Origin: Narcine bancroftii
Taxonomy: Eukaryota
Assembly (NCBI RefSeq): GCF_036971445.1
Contig: NC_091470.1
Location: forward strand, 181,970,001 to 182,034,000
Direction: 5' to 3'
DNA: 64,000 nt
In this document: piece by piece, positions 13,490-25,203 of the stretch
Layout of the letters: the number at the start of each line of letters is the position of its first letter
Position numbering within the stretch: position 1 is the first letter of the stretch
The notes under the pieces: model-generated
Told to the model about the DNA's origin: nothing
Databases searched by the model: none
Seen by the model: the letters and a program-made list of their open reading frames with translations, nothing else
Program-made: the position numbers and the translations under genes

Positions 13490-14090
13490 ATAATGAACGG
13501 AGTAAGAGTCCTTCAATGAGTCCCTGATCTGAGTTTGTCGTTGAGGGGTCTGATGGTGGAGGGGGAGCAGCTGTTCCTGAACCTGGTGGGTGCGAATCTT
13601 GGGGCACCGTCACCTCTTTCCTGACGGCAGCAGCGAGAACAGAGCATGTGCCAGGTGGTGATGATCACTGCTGGTCTCTGGGGTCAGCGTTCCCCGTCGA
13701 TGCTCTCGATGGCGGGGGAGGGTTTTGCCTGTGGTGTCCTGGGTATGTGTCCGCTCCCTTTGGCAGGGCTTTACGCTCAGGGGTATTGGTGTCCTCAAAC
13801 CAGGCCACGATGCGGCCGGTCAGCATACTTTCCCACCACACCTTTGTAGAAATTTGCAAAGGTTTCCAATTTCACACCAAACCTCGACAAATTCCTGACT
13901 TTATTGATGCATTTCTAATCTCTGTTTTGCACAGTTGGTTTACATTTTTGTTACTTGTTTACAAGTGTACTCTGAGTACAGCTTATGTTTTGCACTACCT
14001 ATTAGTGGTAATTCTGCCTTGCCCGCAGAAAAAAGAATCTCAGGGTTGTACGTGATGTCGTGTATGGACTCTTGACAATGAATCTGAATC
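13490..14090 (-). mobile_element. Rex1/Babar-like LINE 3' fragment
   Basis: Minus-strand remnants SMLTGRIVAWF and HALFSLLPSGKR. Same family at about 16890-17700, 33940-34180, 47610-48150, 51410-52035, 53850-54093 plus 61996-62310, and 63220-63410. Confidence 0.65.
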
Positions 14091-14738
14091 TGCCTCCCAC
14101 TTTGGAACATTCTCCATCACGAGCTGTCACGTTTTTCGACGTCTCACTGAACTATTTAATGGATCAACTTTGAAGCAGCGTAGCTCTGCAGTGCCAGAGG
14201 GCAGAAGTCTGCGGGGGGACCGGCTCACAGTCATCGGAGCCAGCACTCGAGAGGGCCCTGAGGGCAAGAAGGGCCCCCGGGGGCCCTCGGGCGCTAGCTT
14301 GGGCCTGGAGCTTGGGTGGCCGAGCACTGGAGGTGAATCCACGGACACTCAGTGGCTCTGAAGGGACTGTCTTTTGCTTCTCTTTCTCTCGTACTGTAAG
14401 GGGGCGCTGGTCGCCGCTAAAGGTGGCTGCTTGTCTGACTCACGGCCAGGTTTCCGATGTCACACCAAACCTCTGCAAACCCCCGAAGTAGAGGCGCTGA
14501 CGGGCTTTCTTCAACATCCCAATCGTGTGCTGGGGCCAGAATAACTTAAATTGTGGGCTCCTTCACAGTTTATTGCTGGGGTATAACTCTATCCCTTCTC
14601 TGACACTTTACAGCTTTAACATTTTGTTACACGACAGTAAAAGAAACCTTGACATCACTATTGGCCAAAGAGGCTCCAGCAGGCACGTTAGTTACAGCTT
14701 GTTTGAACGCTCTGGGTTCGACATCGCTTGACACTTAC

Positions 14739-14882
14739 GTGTTGGTAGGGCAGCAGCAGAGCACAGGTTACCGCGATGTCCGCCAAGGTGACAGCCTCTC
14801 CCACCAGGTAGGTTCGCAGCTTGAGGTGGTTGTCGAGGAACTGCAGGGTCTTCCTTAGGTCGAGCTGCGCTCTTTCAACTGC
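14739..14882 (-). CDS. VARS1: ValRS coding exon 2 (GST-like domain)
   Basis: AVERAQLDLRKTLQFLDNHLKLRTYLVGEAVTLADIAVTCALLLPYQH; cag acceptor, gtaagt donor; 144 nt, phase 0 to 0. Confidence 0.95.
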
Positions 14883-15067
14883 CTGTGGGAAGGGGAGAGA
14901 GGGACAGTCATTGGGCATCTCATACACATTACAGGAATGCGCCGCTTAAAGTCTGTGAACTTGGGCGTTATGCAATGTGAACGTTGAGCAAACACCATTA
15001 GCAAAGCTACATAGGATGCTGCAGTATCCCTGTAAACTTTTTATTTGTAAATAGGGATCAGCATGGA

Positions 15068-15275
15068 GGTGTGGAGAGTGAACGGGCCAGTGGGATCAGT
15101 GCGGGGACCGACATGGGGCTGTGGGGAGCAAACGGGCTATTAGGATCAGTGTGAAGACTGATACGGGGCTGTGGGGAGAGAGAGCGGGCCAGTGGGATCA
15201 GTGTGGGGACCAACACAAGGCTGTGGGGAGAGAGCTGGGCTGTGGGGACTGATACAGGGCTGTGGGAAAGAGCAG
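15068..15275. repeat. ~58-bp minisatellite (ggggctgtggggagag...ggccagtgggatcagtg)
   Basis: Three to four imperfect units visible. Confidence 0.7.
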
Positions 15276-17906
15276 GGCAGAATTGAACACAAAATTCCAA
15301 GTGTGGTCTCACCAGAGATTTGTTGAGTTGCAACATTACATCATAACTTTTGAACTCAACCCCCCGACTAATGAAGGCCCGGCATCCCATAGGCCTTCTT
15401 ATCTACCCTATGAACCTGCACAGGTTTGGACCCCAAAGTCTCTCTGTTTATGCGTATAACAATATTATATAACACCCTACACGCATTTTGTAAAAATTTA
15501 GACAGAGAGCGGCAACAGGCCCTTCCAGCCCACGAGTCCGTGCCGCCCAATTACCTATACCCCCGTTCGCTTTTGGAGGGTGGGAGGAAACCGGAGCCCC
15601 CGGGGAAAGCCCGCACGGGCACGAGGAGAACACATGAACCCCAACAGCACTTAGAATATTTATTAATCCACCTTGTGGACGCGAGGAGGAGCAACAAACA
15701 AATCACACTGACCATCAGGAGTGAACTAAACCAATGGACTTTAACAGAACTTGCGCGTGGTTTGAAGCCCTCAGAACCCGACAGCGCTCGCGACTCCTGG
15801 GACCTTGAGGACGTCAGCTCGGAGGGCTGGAACCGCAGCCGGCACATCGGGGCTCTCTGCCCCCTGCTCAGCTCCGTTAACCAGTTTGCTTGCAGAGTGG
15901 CTTAGAACGACACGGGCTTCTATATATCAAGTTCATGTATAATTCTTTTATATGCAGAAAGCAGCCGTTTGGCTGCAATAAGCGTATATATTGATGCATA
16001 TACACGTTGTCTGAAAATATTATTATCATTATATTAGGCATATATACTGCAAAGCTTTAATCTACATTTTATGATCTCTTTCTGCCTTAATTTAGTGTAG
16101 CTTTTTTTTTACAAAAGTAGTTGGCTGGAAGATTTTGGTGCACATGACGACTCCTGTATCAGAAACAGCCCGGAAGCACATTTGGAGGATTGTGTGCAGT
16201 TCTGGTCACCTCACTACCGTAAAGAGATCAATAAGATTGAAAGAGGGCAGCGAAGATTGACGAGGATGTTGCCTGGACTTCAGGAACTGAGTTACAGGGA
16301 AAGGTTAAACAGGTTAGAACTTTAATCCCTGGAGTGTAGAAGAATGAGGAGAGATTTGTTCAAGGTGTGCAAAATTATGAGGGGGATAAGACAGAGTAAA
16401 TGTAGGTCAGCTTTTGCCTGAGGGTAGGTGAGATACACACCAGAGGACATGGGGAAAAGTTTAGGGGGGGTGTGGAACGAGCTGCGGGGGGGTGGAACAA
16501 GCTGAAGTGGTGAATGCGGGCTCAGTTTTAACATTTAAGAAGAATTTGGTCAGGGACGTGGATGGGAGGAGTATGGAGGGCGATGGGACTGGGTGAAGGT
16601 CAGTGGGACGAGGCAGAATCAGACTAGAAGGGCTGAAATGTTCCATGGAATTCGTGCAGAGGATAACACCGCTGCTCACGGCTCCAGAGAATCCTGATCC
16701 TTGGGGCTCTCCACTCGCAGTTCTCAGGAGAGCCATGCAGGTCACTTGCAGCTGGAACCGACTGGTCGGTCCACAGGTCTCTGAGACGTGGCGGGAATCT
16801 GGAGCGCCCCAGGACAGATCACCCACGTGGTCCGAGGAGGGACGTGCAAACCCCGCACAGGAGGCTGGGGTCAAACCAGGATAGGCAGCGGTGAGAAGCA
16901 GCAGCCAGAGAGCTGCCCTTCCTGACGAGACCAAGGAGATGATCGTGGACTTGAAGAGGACCAGGAACAATCACCCTTCATTACACATCAATAGTGGAGA
17001 GAACGGAGAGCACCAAGTTCCTTAGAGTTCACTGAACTAGGGATCTATCATGCGAACATTTAACATCTCCTCATTTGCGACCATGACTGCACTTCCTGAG
17101 AAGACTGAAGTGGGCAAGGCCACCGGCCACTGTCATGTCAACCTTCAACAGGAGCACTAACGCATGCATCCTGGCCGCATGCATCACAGTGTGGGCACAG
17201 TTGCTGCAGAGAAACGGATTGGAGGTCAATCCACAGGACCGTAAGAGAGGCAGAGAAGAAGGATCACTGGAGTCTCCCTCCATCCCACCCCTCCCCCCCC
17301 CAACCTCGATCAACGTGATCAACCAGAATCGTTGTCTGAAGAGGGCACGCAAAATCACTTAAGACCCCTTTCACCCTGCACACAGCTGCTCCCGTTGGGG
17401 AAGGAGATATGGGAGGATCAGAGCCAGCATCACCAGGCTGAGGAACAGCTTCTTCCCACGGGCATTGAGAACGCTGAACGACCAAAGGAACCGCTCGCAC
17501 TGACCCTCTGAGCCTCTCATGCTCACAAAGCAATATTTATTTATTTATTTGTATTTTCAAATACCAGTCCCACAATCGTATTATTTGCCTGTATGTGTGT
17601 TACATCTGGTTGTGTGTCTGTGTGTTTTGCATCGAGGACCGGAGAACGCTACTTCGTCAGGTTGTGCTTATACAATCAGATGACAATAAACTTGACTTTA
17701 GACATACAGCACGGGAACAGGCCATTTCAGCCCACAGGTCTGTGCCATCCAATTTACACCCAATTAATCTACAATCCCGGTACAATTCAAATGGTGGGAA
17801 GAAACCAGAGCACCCGTGAAACCCGATGGCTGGCACTGTAACAGCGTGGCGCTAACTGCAACGCCCACCGGGCAGACGCATTGGAATCAGGTTTGAAGGC
17901 TGTCAC

Positions 17907-18269
17907 CTGTATGTTGTGCTTCATCAAGCCCAGAGCCGGAAAGGCCCACGCGCAAGACGACGGCATGACCTCGATGTCCGCATAGCTCAGCCACTGCCGC
18001 ACCAACGCTGCCTCCTTCGAGCCAGACCCCCTCATCCGCTCAGGGACCAGGTAGTGCGCCACAGCTGACGCGCCGCAGACACAGCTCCCAGCATCGGCTT
18101 CCACTGCCGGTAACCTCCTGAGCGGCAGGTTGGCCTGGGAGTCTCCGGCAGACGGCGTGCTGACATCCACCACTGTCAATTTCTGTCTCCCATACTCCAG
18201 AGCAATGAGAACCTTGGCGTTCTGGAAGCTGTGAGAGTGTTGAGACAGATAGAGTGAGGGCAGGGCCAT
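17907..18269 (-). CDS. VARS1: ValRS first coding exon (EF1-gamma/GST-like N-terminal domain)
   Basis: ATG at 18269, MALPSLYLSQHSHSFQNAKVLIALEYG...ALVRQWLSYADIEVMPSSCAWAFPALGLMKHNIQ; 363 nt; gtgac donor; upstream acceptor at about 18286 implies a non-coding exon 1. Confidence 0.93.
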
Positions 18270-20327
18270 CCTGAATGAACCAGGTCTACAGGTTCCTGAG
18301 GGCAAAAAAAACAGATTTTTGTGAAAACAGGCCTTTTAGTTCACCAAGTCTATCCCAAAACCACTTACAGTTAAACAGGCAAGGCTGCAGATTCTGGGGT
18401 CCAGGGTCCGAGAAACCCAGCAGGACATGAAGCATCAGTAGAAAGCAACGTTTCGGGCTTGGGCCCTTTGTCAGGTGCAAGAACAAACAGACAGACCCCC
18501 TGAAAGACCACCCTTTCCATGAATCCAACTTTTTCTTCCTCTCCTCTCCCCCCCTAAAGATTCCATCACGTGGGGCAATTTATGTGTCCAGTGAATCAAC
18601 CAACCCCAATGACTTTTGACACAACAGGTAAGTCCCTGATTTTTGACCTATGCAACTGGTGACCATCTGTATATACGACCGAAATACTGCAAAAATTTAA
18701 AAAAATACGTATGTAGCGTTCACGCTACGTGAGCGTGGAGAACGACGACGCGCACACCAAAGCCTCAGAATCGAGACTGGTTTATTGCTCTGGCCATCTC
18801 GCGCTTGTACGGGCCCCAGGCGCTGACATCAGGGCCCCGCGCCGTCAGGAGCGCCGTCCCGGGATTGGCCAGCATTCCCGCCTGAGTTCCCCATCTTCCC
18901 ACCCAGGACGATGGCTGGTGCCACCCCCCAGGCCCCGCACGGCTACCGGCCGTTTTATGGGCAGGTCCGCGTACATAAGATAAAGGTAGGCAAGTTGTTT
19001 CCATGGGTTGAGGGAGGCGGGGGGAGAAGAGAACTAGGGGATGTCGCCTCAGGATCTAGGGGGGGTAGATTTAGGACGGAGATGAGGAGGAGCTGCTTTT
19101 CCCCAGAATGGTGGGAATTCACTGCCCATTGAAGCAGCAGTGGCAAGTTTACATTGTCGGAGAATTAAGGGATATGGGGAAAAGGCAGGGAGGTGGAGAT
19201 GATCCCATAATCAGATCAGCCATTAAATGGTGGAGTGGGCTCAACAGGCCGAATGGCCAACTCCTGCTCCTATTTCTTACGTTCAGGGGCACCACTCCAG
19301 CACCTCTGTAAAAAGGCGAAATAAACAAGTGGGGAATTATAACTAGTTGGGAATTTAACAGCAGACGCATATTAAATACAGGCAGGGTCAACATCATGGC
19401 CCCGCCTCCCTCTGCTATTTTGAACATCCAAGAAGCCCACATCTTCCACGACAGGTTGTCCTCCTTCCTTGCACTGCCGTTCACTGTCAATTCTACAAGT
19501 ACAAGATGGTGGCCACCAAGGCCAGCCCTCGCAAGGCCTCCTCGCCGCCATTTATTTCAATGCATTGGCCACTCCCTGCCATAAGTGCTATTTTGCCGGT
19601 GCCCCGACCTGCCGCATTTACCTAATTCCCCCCTATTAGATTTGTCCTGACGTTGACTCTGAATACAGGGGATTCTACGGAAGCGGGTGTTGGGGTGGGG
19701 AATGGGGAGGGGGGGTTGGTGGCTGGTGGTAAAATACCACTAATGGCACTGGTGGCCTTCTCTGCATCAGAGAGACCGGCCGCCAACTGAGAGCTCGCTT
19801 TGCTCACCACCTCCGCTCCGTCCGGAACCACAGCGACCTCCCATTTCAATTCCAGGTCAGACTCCCCTCCCCCCAAAATTGGTTCACTGCCCTGCATACT
19901 CTCCCACCCTGACCACCAGTAGATCGATGGAACACCTTATTTTCTGTCTGGCCACCCTCCCTGGCCTTAACCTTGACTTGACTGCCTTCCACAAAACCAG
20001 CTCACCCAGTCTTTGCAGTTCTTCCACCCGCCTGTCCCCCGGCCTCCCCCTCACTGCTGCAGCCCCTCTCTCCAATCTCCACCTGTCACCTCTTGCCTTG
20101 TTATTCTGCCTTTTCCCCATCTCCCTGCTCTATTGTTCCGACGCCTGCCAGCATTCCCTCACATCTTAACGAGGGGCTCAAGCCTGAAACGTCAGTGGTG
20201 GACACTGTTGGACCTGCTGAGTTTCTCCAGCATTTTGTATTACTTGCTCGTTTTTGGTGAGCTCTGGCACCTGAAAAGAAATTTAACACTGCACCCCTGC
20301 TTCTGGTTGGCCCAGCGCTTCTGCCAC

Positions 20328-20560
20328 CTGTCCCAGCATCCACACCTTTTCCACGAAGTCCCCCAGATTGGAATCAGCACAGAAATGTCGCCCTCCCCAG
20401 TGTTGCCGCCGGCTCCGATGTAACAAGTTGCATCAGCTGCTCCGCGCAACCTTGGCTGGTTGGCGGGGACCGGGACCCGCCGATGAAACGCGCCCCACCA
20501 TTGGCGGAGAGCCGGCGCAGCGTGTTGCTCAGCCCCCCCTTTTCCATTCCAACCCCTCCC
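20328..20560 (-). promoter_or_regulatory. Probable VARS1 CpG-rich promoter / non-coding exon 1
   Basis: CpG-dense unique segment 2 kb upstream of the ATG exon; CCAAT (attgg 20500-20504), GC-rich boxes, candidate minus-strand donors after 20346 (aag|gtgtgg) or 20328 (cag|gtggca). Confidence 0.55.
20427..20435 (-). promoter_or_regulatory. C/EBP-ATF (amino-acid response) element TGATGCAAC
   Basis: Exact TGATGNAAN consensus; a near-match CGATGAAAC lies at 20481-20489 (+). Confidence 0.55.
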
Positions 20561-21048
20561 CAGGCGCCTGCACTCGCGGAAGCAGTCCCTTCCCCTCAGC
20601 CCCACTCCCCTCGTGTGGATTTACCTCCGGTTGGAGAGAGAGAAAGAGACCTTGTACGGATGCCTGTCTCCAAAGGGAGGGGGGGGGGGGGAATCGCTTC
20701 CTTGCTTCCTTCCTTCCTTCCTTCCCCCTCTCCCTCTACCAGGCTCTGCAAAGGCCACATAAAATAAGCGCATGCGGATTTATCACCGCGGACTCACTGA
20801 CACCTTGTGGCTGGAAGACTTGATCTGTCACCACCAGCGGGGTTAAGGGAAAGAAACCGAAACGTTCTCAGCCCATGTGCGTCTTCCTTTTGAACTGCCT
20901 TTCGTGAATGAAAACGGCAGCCAAGTGAAACTAGCAGCCAAACAATTGGGGATCTCGCAGCAGCCCCAATGCAACAGTTAAAACATTACATACAATATGG
21001 GTTATTGTATTAGAGCTGAACTTAAGTACCTCAGATCCTTGAGGGAAT

Positions 21049-21240
21049 GGCATTAGCATCTCTTCAACTGGATGGAATTAGCATCTCTTCAACCGGACAG
21101 AATTAGCATCTCTCCAGCCAGACGGCGTCGAGATCCCTCCAGCCAGACGGCGTCGAGATCTCTCCAACCAAATGGCGTCCAGATCTCTCCAGCCAGACGG
21201 CGTCGAAATCTCTCCAACCAAATGGCATTAACATCGACTT
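21049..21240 (+). repeat. 25-bp tandem array derived from a Penelope-like 3' motif
   Basis: About seven units of type atctctccagccagacggcgtcgag, ending in the dispersed motif ctccaaccaaatggcattaacatcgac. Confidence 0.8.
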
Positions 21241-22402
21241 CTCCGGTTTCTGCTAGCCCACTCACCGTTCTCCCTCCCCATCCCTCTGCCCCCTTCCCTC
21301 TCCATTCCCAGAGCCATGCCCCCCAATCCTGCCGTTCGCTGCTGTGCCCTCCCTCCCTTTTCCACCTATTACCTCCTGTCTGTGGGACCGTGCTCCTCTC
21401 CCTGCCCCTCCCCATCCCACTATTTTGTATCGACGCCTGCCGACATTTTTCCATACCTTGTTGAAGGGCTCAACCCTGAAACGACTGCTTAGCTATCTTT
21501 ATCTTTGCTATATAAAGGATGCTGTTTGACCTGTGGAATTTCTCCCGAAATGCATTTTTTAACATTACTGTGTTTGCATAATTACAGACGCTGACACCAA
21601 GATAAATCAGAAACAAGCTTTTTGCACAAAATAATTGAATTCTGATCCATTTCAAACACAACATATTTGGAGGGTATTAAGCCTTTATTTGAATTACTCA
21701 GGGCAAGCACTGTACGTGAAGATCCTTTTTCCTGCAGGTGGGGAGAATTGCCACTAAGTGCAAAAAACCTCAACATACACATGCAAATAAATAAAGAATT
21801 ATAAACAGCCTGACTGTGCAATACAGAGAGGGGAAAACATCAATAAAGTGCAAAAGTAAAATTAATTTTTGTTGAGGAGTCTGACGGTGGAGGGGGAGCA
21901 GCTGTTCCTGAACCTGGTGGTGTGAGTCTTGTGGCACCGAGACCTCTTTTTTTGTTCATATTCATGTCAATATTGTCAATTCTGATTCTGATAAAGAATA
22001 AATTTTTGTGGTTGGTTTACATAGGCCAGATCTCATGGACCGAAGAGCCTGTAATGTTCTTTTGGGTAAGATTCATCTGTGAGAAAGAATTGAACCTATT
22101 TCAGGAGTAAAACACAAAAGTCTGCAGTCACTGTGGTTGAAGTAAAAACCCAACACTGGAGAAACTCAGCAGGTGTCCTTGTCACAAGACCACAAGACAA
22201 AAGAACAGAAACAGGCCACTCGGCCCATTGAGTCTGTTCCATAAATCTACACTAAGCTACTCTACACCAGTTCCAATTTCCAGCCTATCCCCCATATCCC
22301 TTGATGACCTCACTAATGAGATACTTGTCTATTTCTTGTTTAAATAGTCCCAGTGATCTGGCTTCTCCTGCTGGGTGGGTGGCAGCAAGTTCCACAGATC
22401 CA

Positions 22403-22930
22403 TGAGGAATGGTCACAGTGGGATAGTACATGAGGGGAATGGTCACAGGGGAAGGAATGGTCACTGAAGGTATAGAACCATCATTTTGGGCTGAGCCCTT
22501 CATCAGGAATGGAAAAATGTCAACAGGCATCTGAACAAAATGGTGATGGGGGTGGGGGGAGAGGAAAGCATAGTCCAAAAGGCAGCAGGTGGATAAGGAA
22601 GGGGAGTGGGTTGCTGAATGAATGGAGAGGGAAGGAGGTGGAGAGCTGGAGGAAGGAAGATGCAGGGACGGGGGAGAATAGGGAGGGTGCTAGCAGAAAC
22701 AGGTGAAGTCAATAATAATGCCATCCAGTTGGAGAGGGCCCAGAGAAAACTAATGGAATCAGGGTTAGGGTTAGGGTGGTCACAGTGGGATAGTGCATGA
22801 GGAATGGTCACAGTAGGATAGAATACAAGGAATGGTCACAGTGGAAGGAATGATGGTGGGATAGTACACAAGGAATGGTCAGTGAGATAGTTTGAGGAAT
22901 GGCAATGGTGGAATAGGGAATGATCACAGC
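22403..22930. repeat. Minisatellite (ggaatggtcacagtgggatagtacat) split by a Penelope-derived insert at about 22470-22760
   Basis: The same unit occurs on both sides of the insert. Confidence 0.7.
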
Positions 22931-22950
22931 TCTTCCTCGGGCATATTGGT

Positions 22951-22966
22951 GGCTCTGAAAAGAGCC
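22951..22966 (-). terminator. Histone 3' stem-loop of gene A, followed by U7 HDE
   Basis: aaaaGGCTCTTTTCAGAGCCaccaa, then purine-rich GAGGAAGAGCTGT. Confidence 0.95.
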
Positions 22967-22993
22967 TTTTGTGTTGAGGGTGGGGCTCCGACT

Positions 22994-23500
22994 CTAACGC
23001 GTTTTGCCTGCCCGGCGTTGCCGCCCCATGGCTCTAGAGGCAGAGACTCTCTTGGGCGCCGTGCGCTTGCGGGGGCTCTTGGCCGCCGGCTTCCTCACCC
23101 GCTTCTGGGCGGCCGCTTTGGCTCCTGACGCCGTCCTCTTCCTGGCGGGCGCCTTCCTCGTTGCCCCTCTTCCGCCCCGGACCTTGGCTTCTCCCTGCTC
23201 GCCCTCCGCCACCCCCGGCTCGGCGCGCAGAGCGGTAGTTCCCGTCTCATAGGCGGCCGCCGAGGCTACTTTCTTCGCCGCGGCGGCGCCCGCCCTGGGG
23301 ACCTGGCGCTCCTTGGCGGCGGCCACCGCCTCTAGGATGTGCTCGGCGACGGCAGCCGGTGCGCCTTTTTGCCGATGGGCCGCCTTCTTCTTGGCGGCGG
23401 CCAAGACAGCGGAGGAGGCAGGGGCGGCAGGGACCCCGGAGAAATCGGGACCAGCAGCACCGGTGGGAGCGTCCGCTTCAGCGGGAACAGTCTCGGCCAT
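22994..23500 (-). CDS. H1-like gene A, 168 aa, incomplete globular domain
   Basis: MAETVPA N-terminus, VAEHILEAVAAAKER (H1 helix 1), K/R/A/P tail with KSPRK; intronless, CpG-rich; histone stem-loop 27 nt past the stop. Confidence 0.8.
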   Translation of the reverse strand: MAETVPAEADAPTGAAGPDFSGVPAAPASSAVLAAAKKKAAHRQKGAPAAVAEHILEAVAAAKERQVPRAGAAAAKKVASAAAYETGTTALRAEPGVAEGEQGEAKVRGGRGATRKAPARKRTASGAKAAAQKRVRKPAAKSPRKRTAPKRVSASRAMGRQRRAGKTR

Positions 23501-25161
23501 CAACCCCTCAGAGTCGACGCTCACCGCGCCAAGTGGCGGCGCTGACGCCCAGTCCGACCTATTATGAGGGGAAGGCGGACGGGGTGGAGCCGATGCGCTC
23601 GGCTCCGCCTCTATCCGCTGCCCCAATCACACCTAGCCCCGCCTACCAGTCCTTCCCTCGCCTGCCGCCCCACAGCCTCCCCGCCCGAAGCATCGCCGCC
23701 TCCTCAAACGTGATCCCATCACCAGCCACATCTTCCCTTCTCCGACCGCGTCTTTCTCGTCCACTCCTCCCTCCTTACCAATCGCCCCCTTGGCACCTCC
23801 CCCTGCGGGAGATGCTGCCCTTGGGTCCACATCCCCTTCCCTCACCACCACTATGGGCCCCAAACGCTCCTTCTAAGTGAAGCAACACTTCACTTGTGTA
23901 CTCGTGGGAGGCTAGAAAGGCCGTTCGGCCCTTCTAATCTGTGCTGGCCAATAAAACAAGCTAGTCCCACTGAACTACTCTCTTATCCATGCATTTATTC
24001 AATTTATTTACCTACTGCTCTGGCCTCTTCTACAACATAGAGACTGGCCACGGTCTGGGAGCTCGTTACGCTGAGTCTCTTCAGTCCATCCGCATGACCT
24101 CCCAGTGGCCAAACATTTCAATACTGCGTCCCTCTCCCGCGCCGACGTATCTGTCAAACCAGGGCTACCTGTAAATTTGATATGAGGAGCAACCCCTCAT
24201 ATCCCGTCCGAGCGCTCTCCAACCGGATAGTTTTAACTACGAATTCTCCGGTTTCTGCTAGCCCACTCCCCGTTCTCCTTCTCTTCCCCGTCCCTCTGTC
24301 TTATTTCCTTCCAGCTCTCCACCCACTTCCCTCTGCATTCACAGAGCCATCCCCTCTTCCCCGTTTATATGCGCTCCCTCCCTTCTCCACATATTACCTC
24401 CTGCTTGTGGGCGCGTCCTCCTCCCCCTGTCCCTCCATTTCATTTGCATATCTGCCTACCATACCCTGATGAGGCTTAAGACCAAAAAGGTTGGTTGTCT
24501 TTGCTATGTTAAACGTTGGTTAAATCCTTGCTGTTTGACCTGATGACTTTCTCCAGTTCAGTGTTTTACTGGGGGTGGGTTGTGGGGAGAGTTCGGGGAA
24601 CTAACATCATTACGGCCCGAAAAGCTGCAAACTAATCTGATGGATCAGCAAGTTGGGGGTTGGTTCACGCACCGTCGCGGCGGGTTGATCGAAGGAGCCG
24701 GACGCAGATCGGAAGGAGCGGATAGGAGAGAATAAAGAACCGTAAACAGATAACAAATGTAAACAGACTCTGCAATACAGACAGAACAAAGAAAATCAAT
24801 AAAGTGCACAAGTCCTTATATGAGTCCGAGTTTGGTTTTGAGTGGGGTGGTAGCTGTGTCCTGAACCTGGTGATGCAAGTCTTGCGGGACGCTACCTCTT
24901 TCCTGATGGTAGAAGCAAGAACAGATTCATCTTAAGAATCGTTTTGATAATGATTGGATTGATAAAAGGTTTTGGGTTTAATATGGTAAGAACAGAGCAT
25001 ATGCTGGGTGGCGTGGGTCCTCGATGATCGCTACTGCTCTCCGACGGCTGCATTCCCCGCAGATGGGAGGGTTTTACCTGCAATCCATCCCTTAAAAATC
25101 ATTTTGTAAATTGAACACAGTACAAGTGGTTATTGCAATCTACTGCGTAAATATTGTTGGA

Positions 25162-25177
25162 GGCTCTGAAAAGAGCC
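25162..25177 (-). terminator. Histone stem-loop of gene B with AATAAA abutting its 5' side
   Basis: AATAAAcGGCTCTTTTCAGAGCCtccaa; no convincing HDE seen. Confidence 0.9.
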
Positions 25178-25203
25178 GTTTATTTCGAATTCCAAACTTT
25201 AAT

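Noticed and set aside
1-18300. Intronic snoRNA or tRNA genes in VARS1
   Set aside because: No convincing C/D or H/ACA box pair seen by eye; tRNA-like A/B boxes belong to SINE heads. A covariance-model scan would be needed to exclude them
21049-21240. CRISPR-like repeat array
   Set aside because: Units are contiguous with no unique spacers, the context is eukaryotic and there are no cas genes
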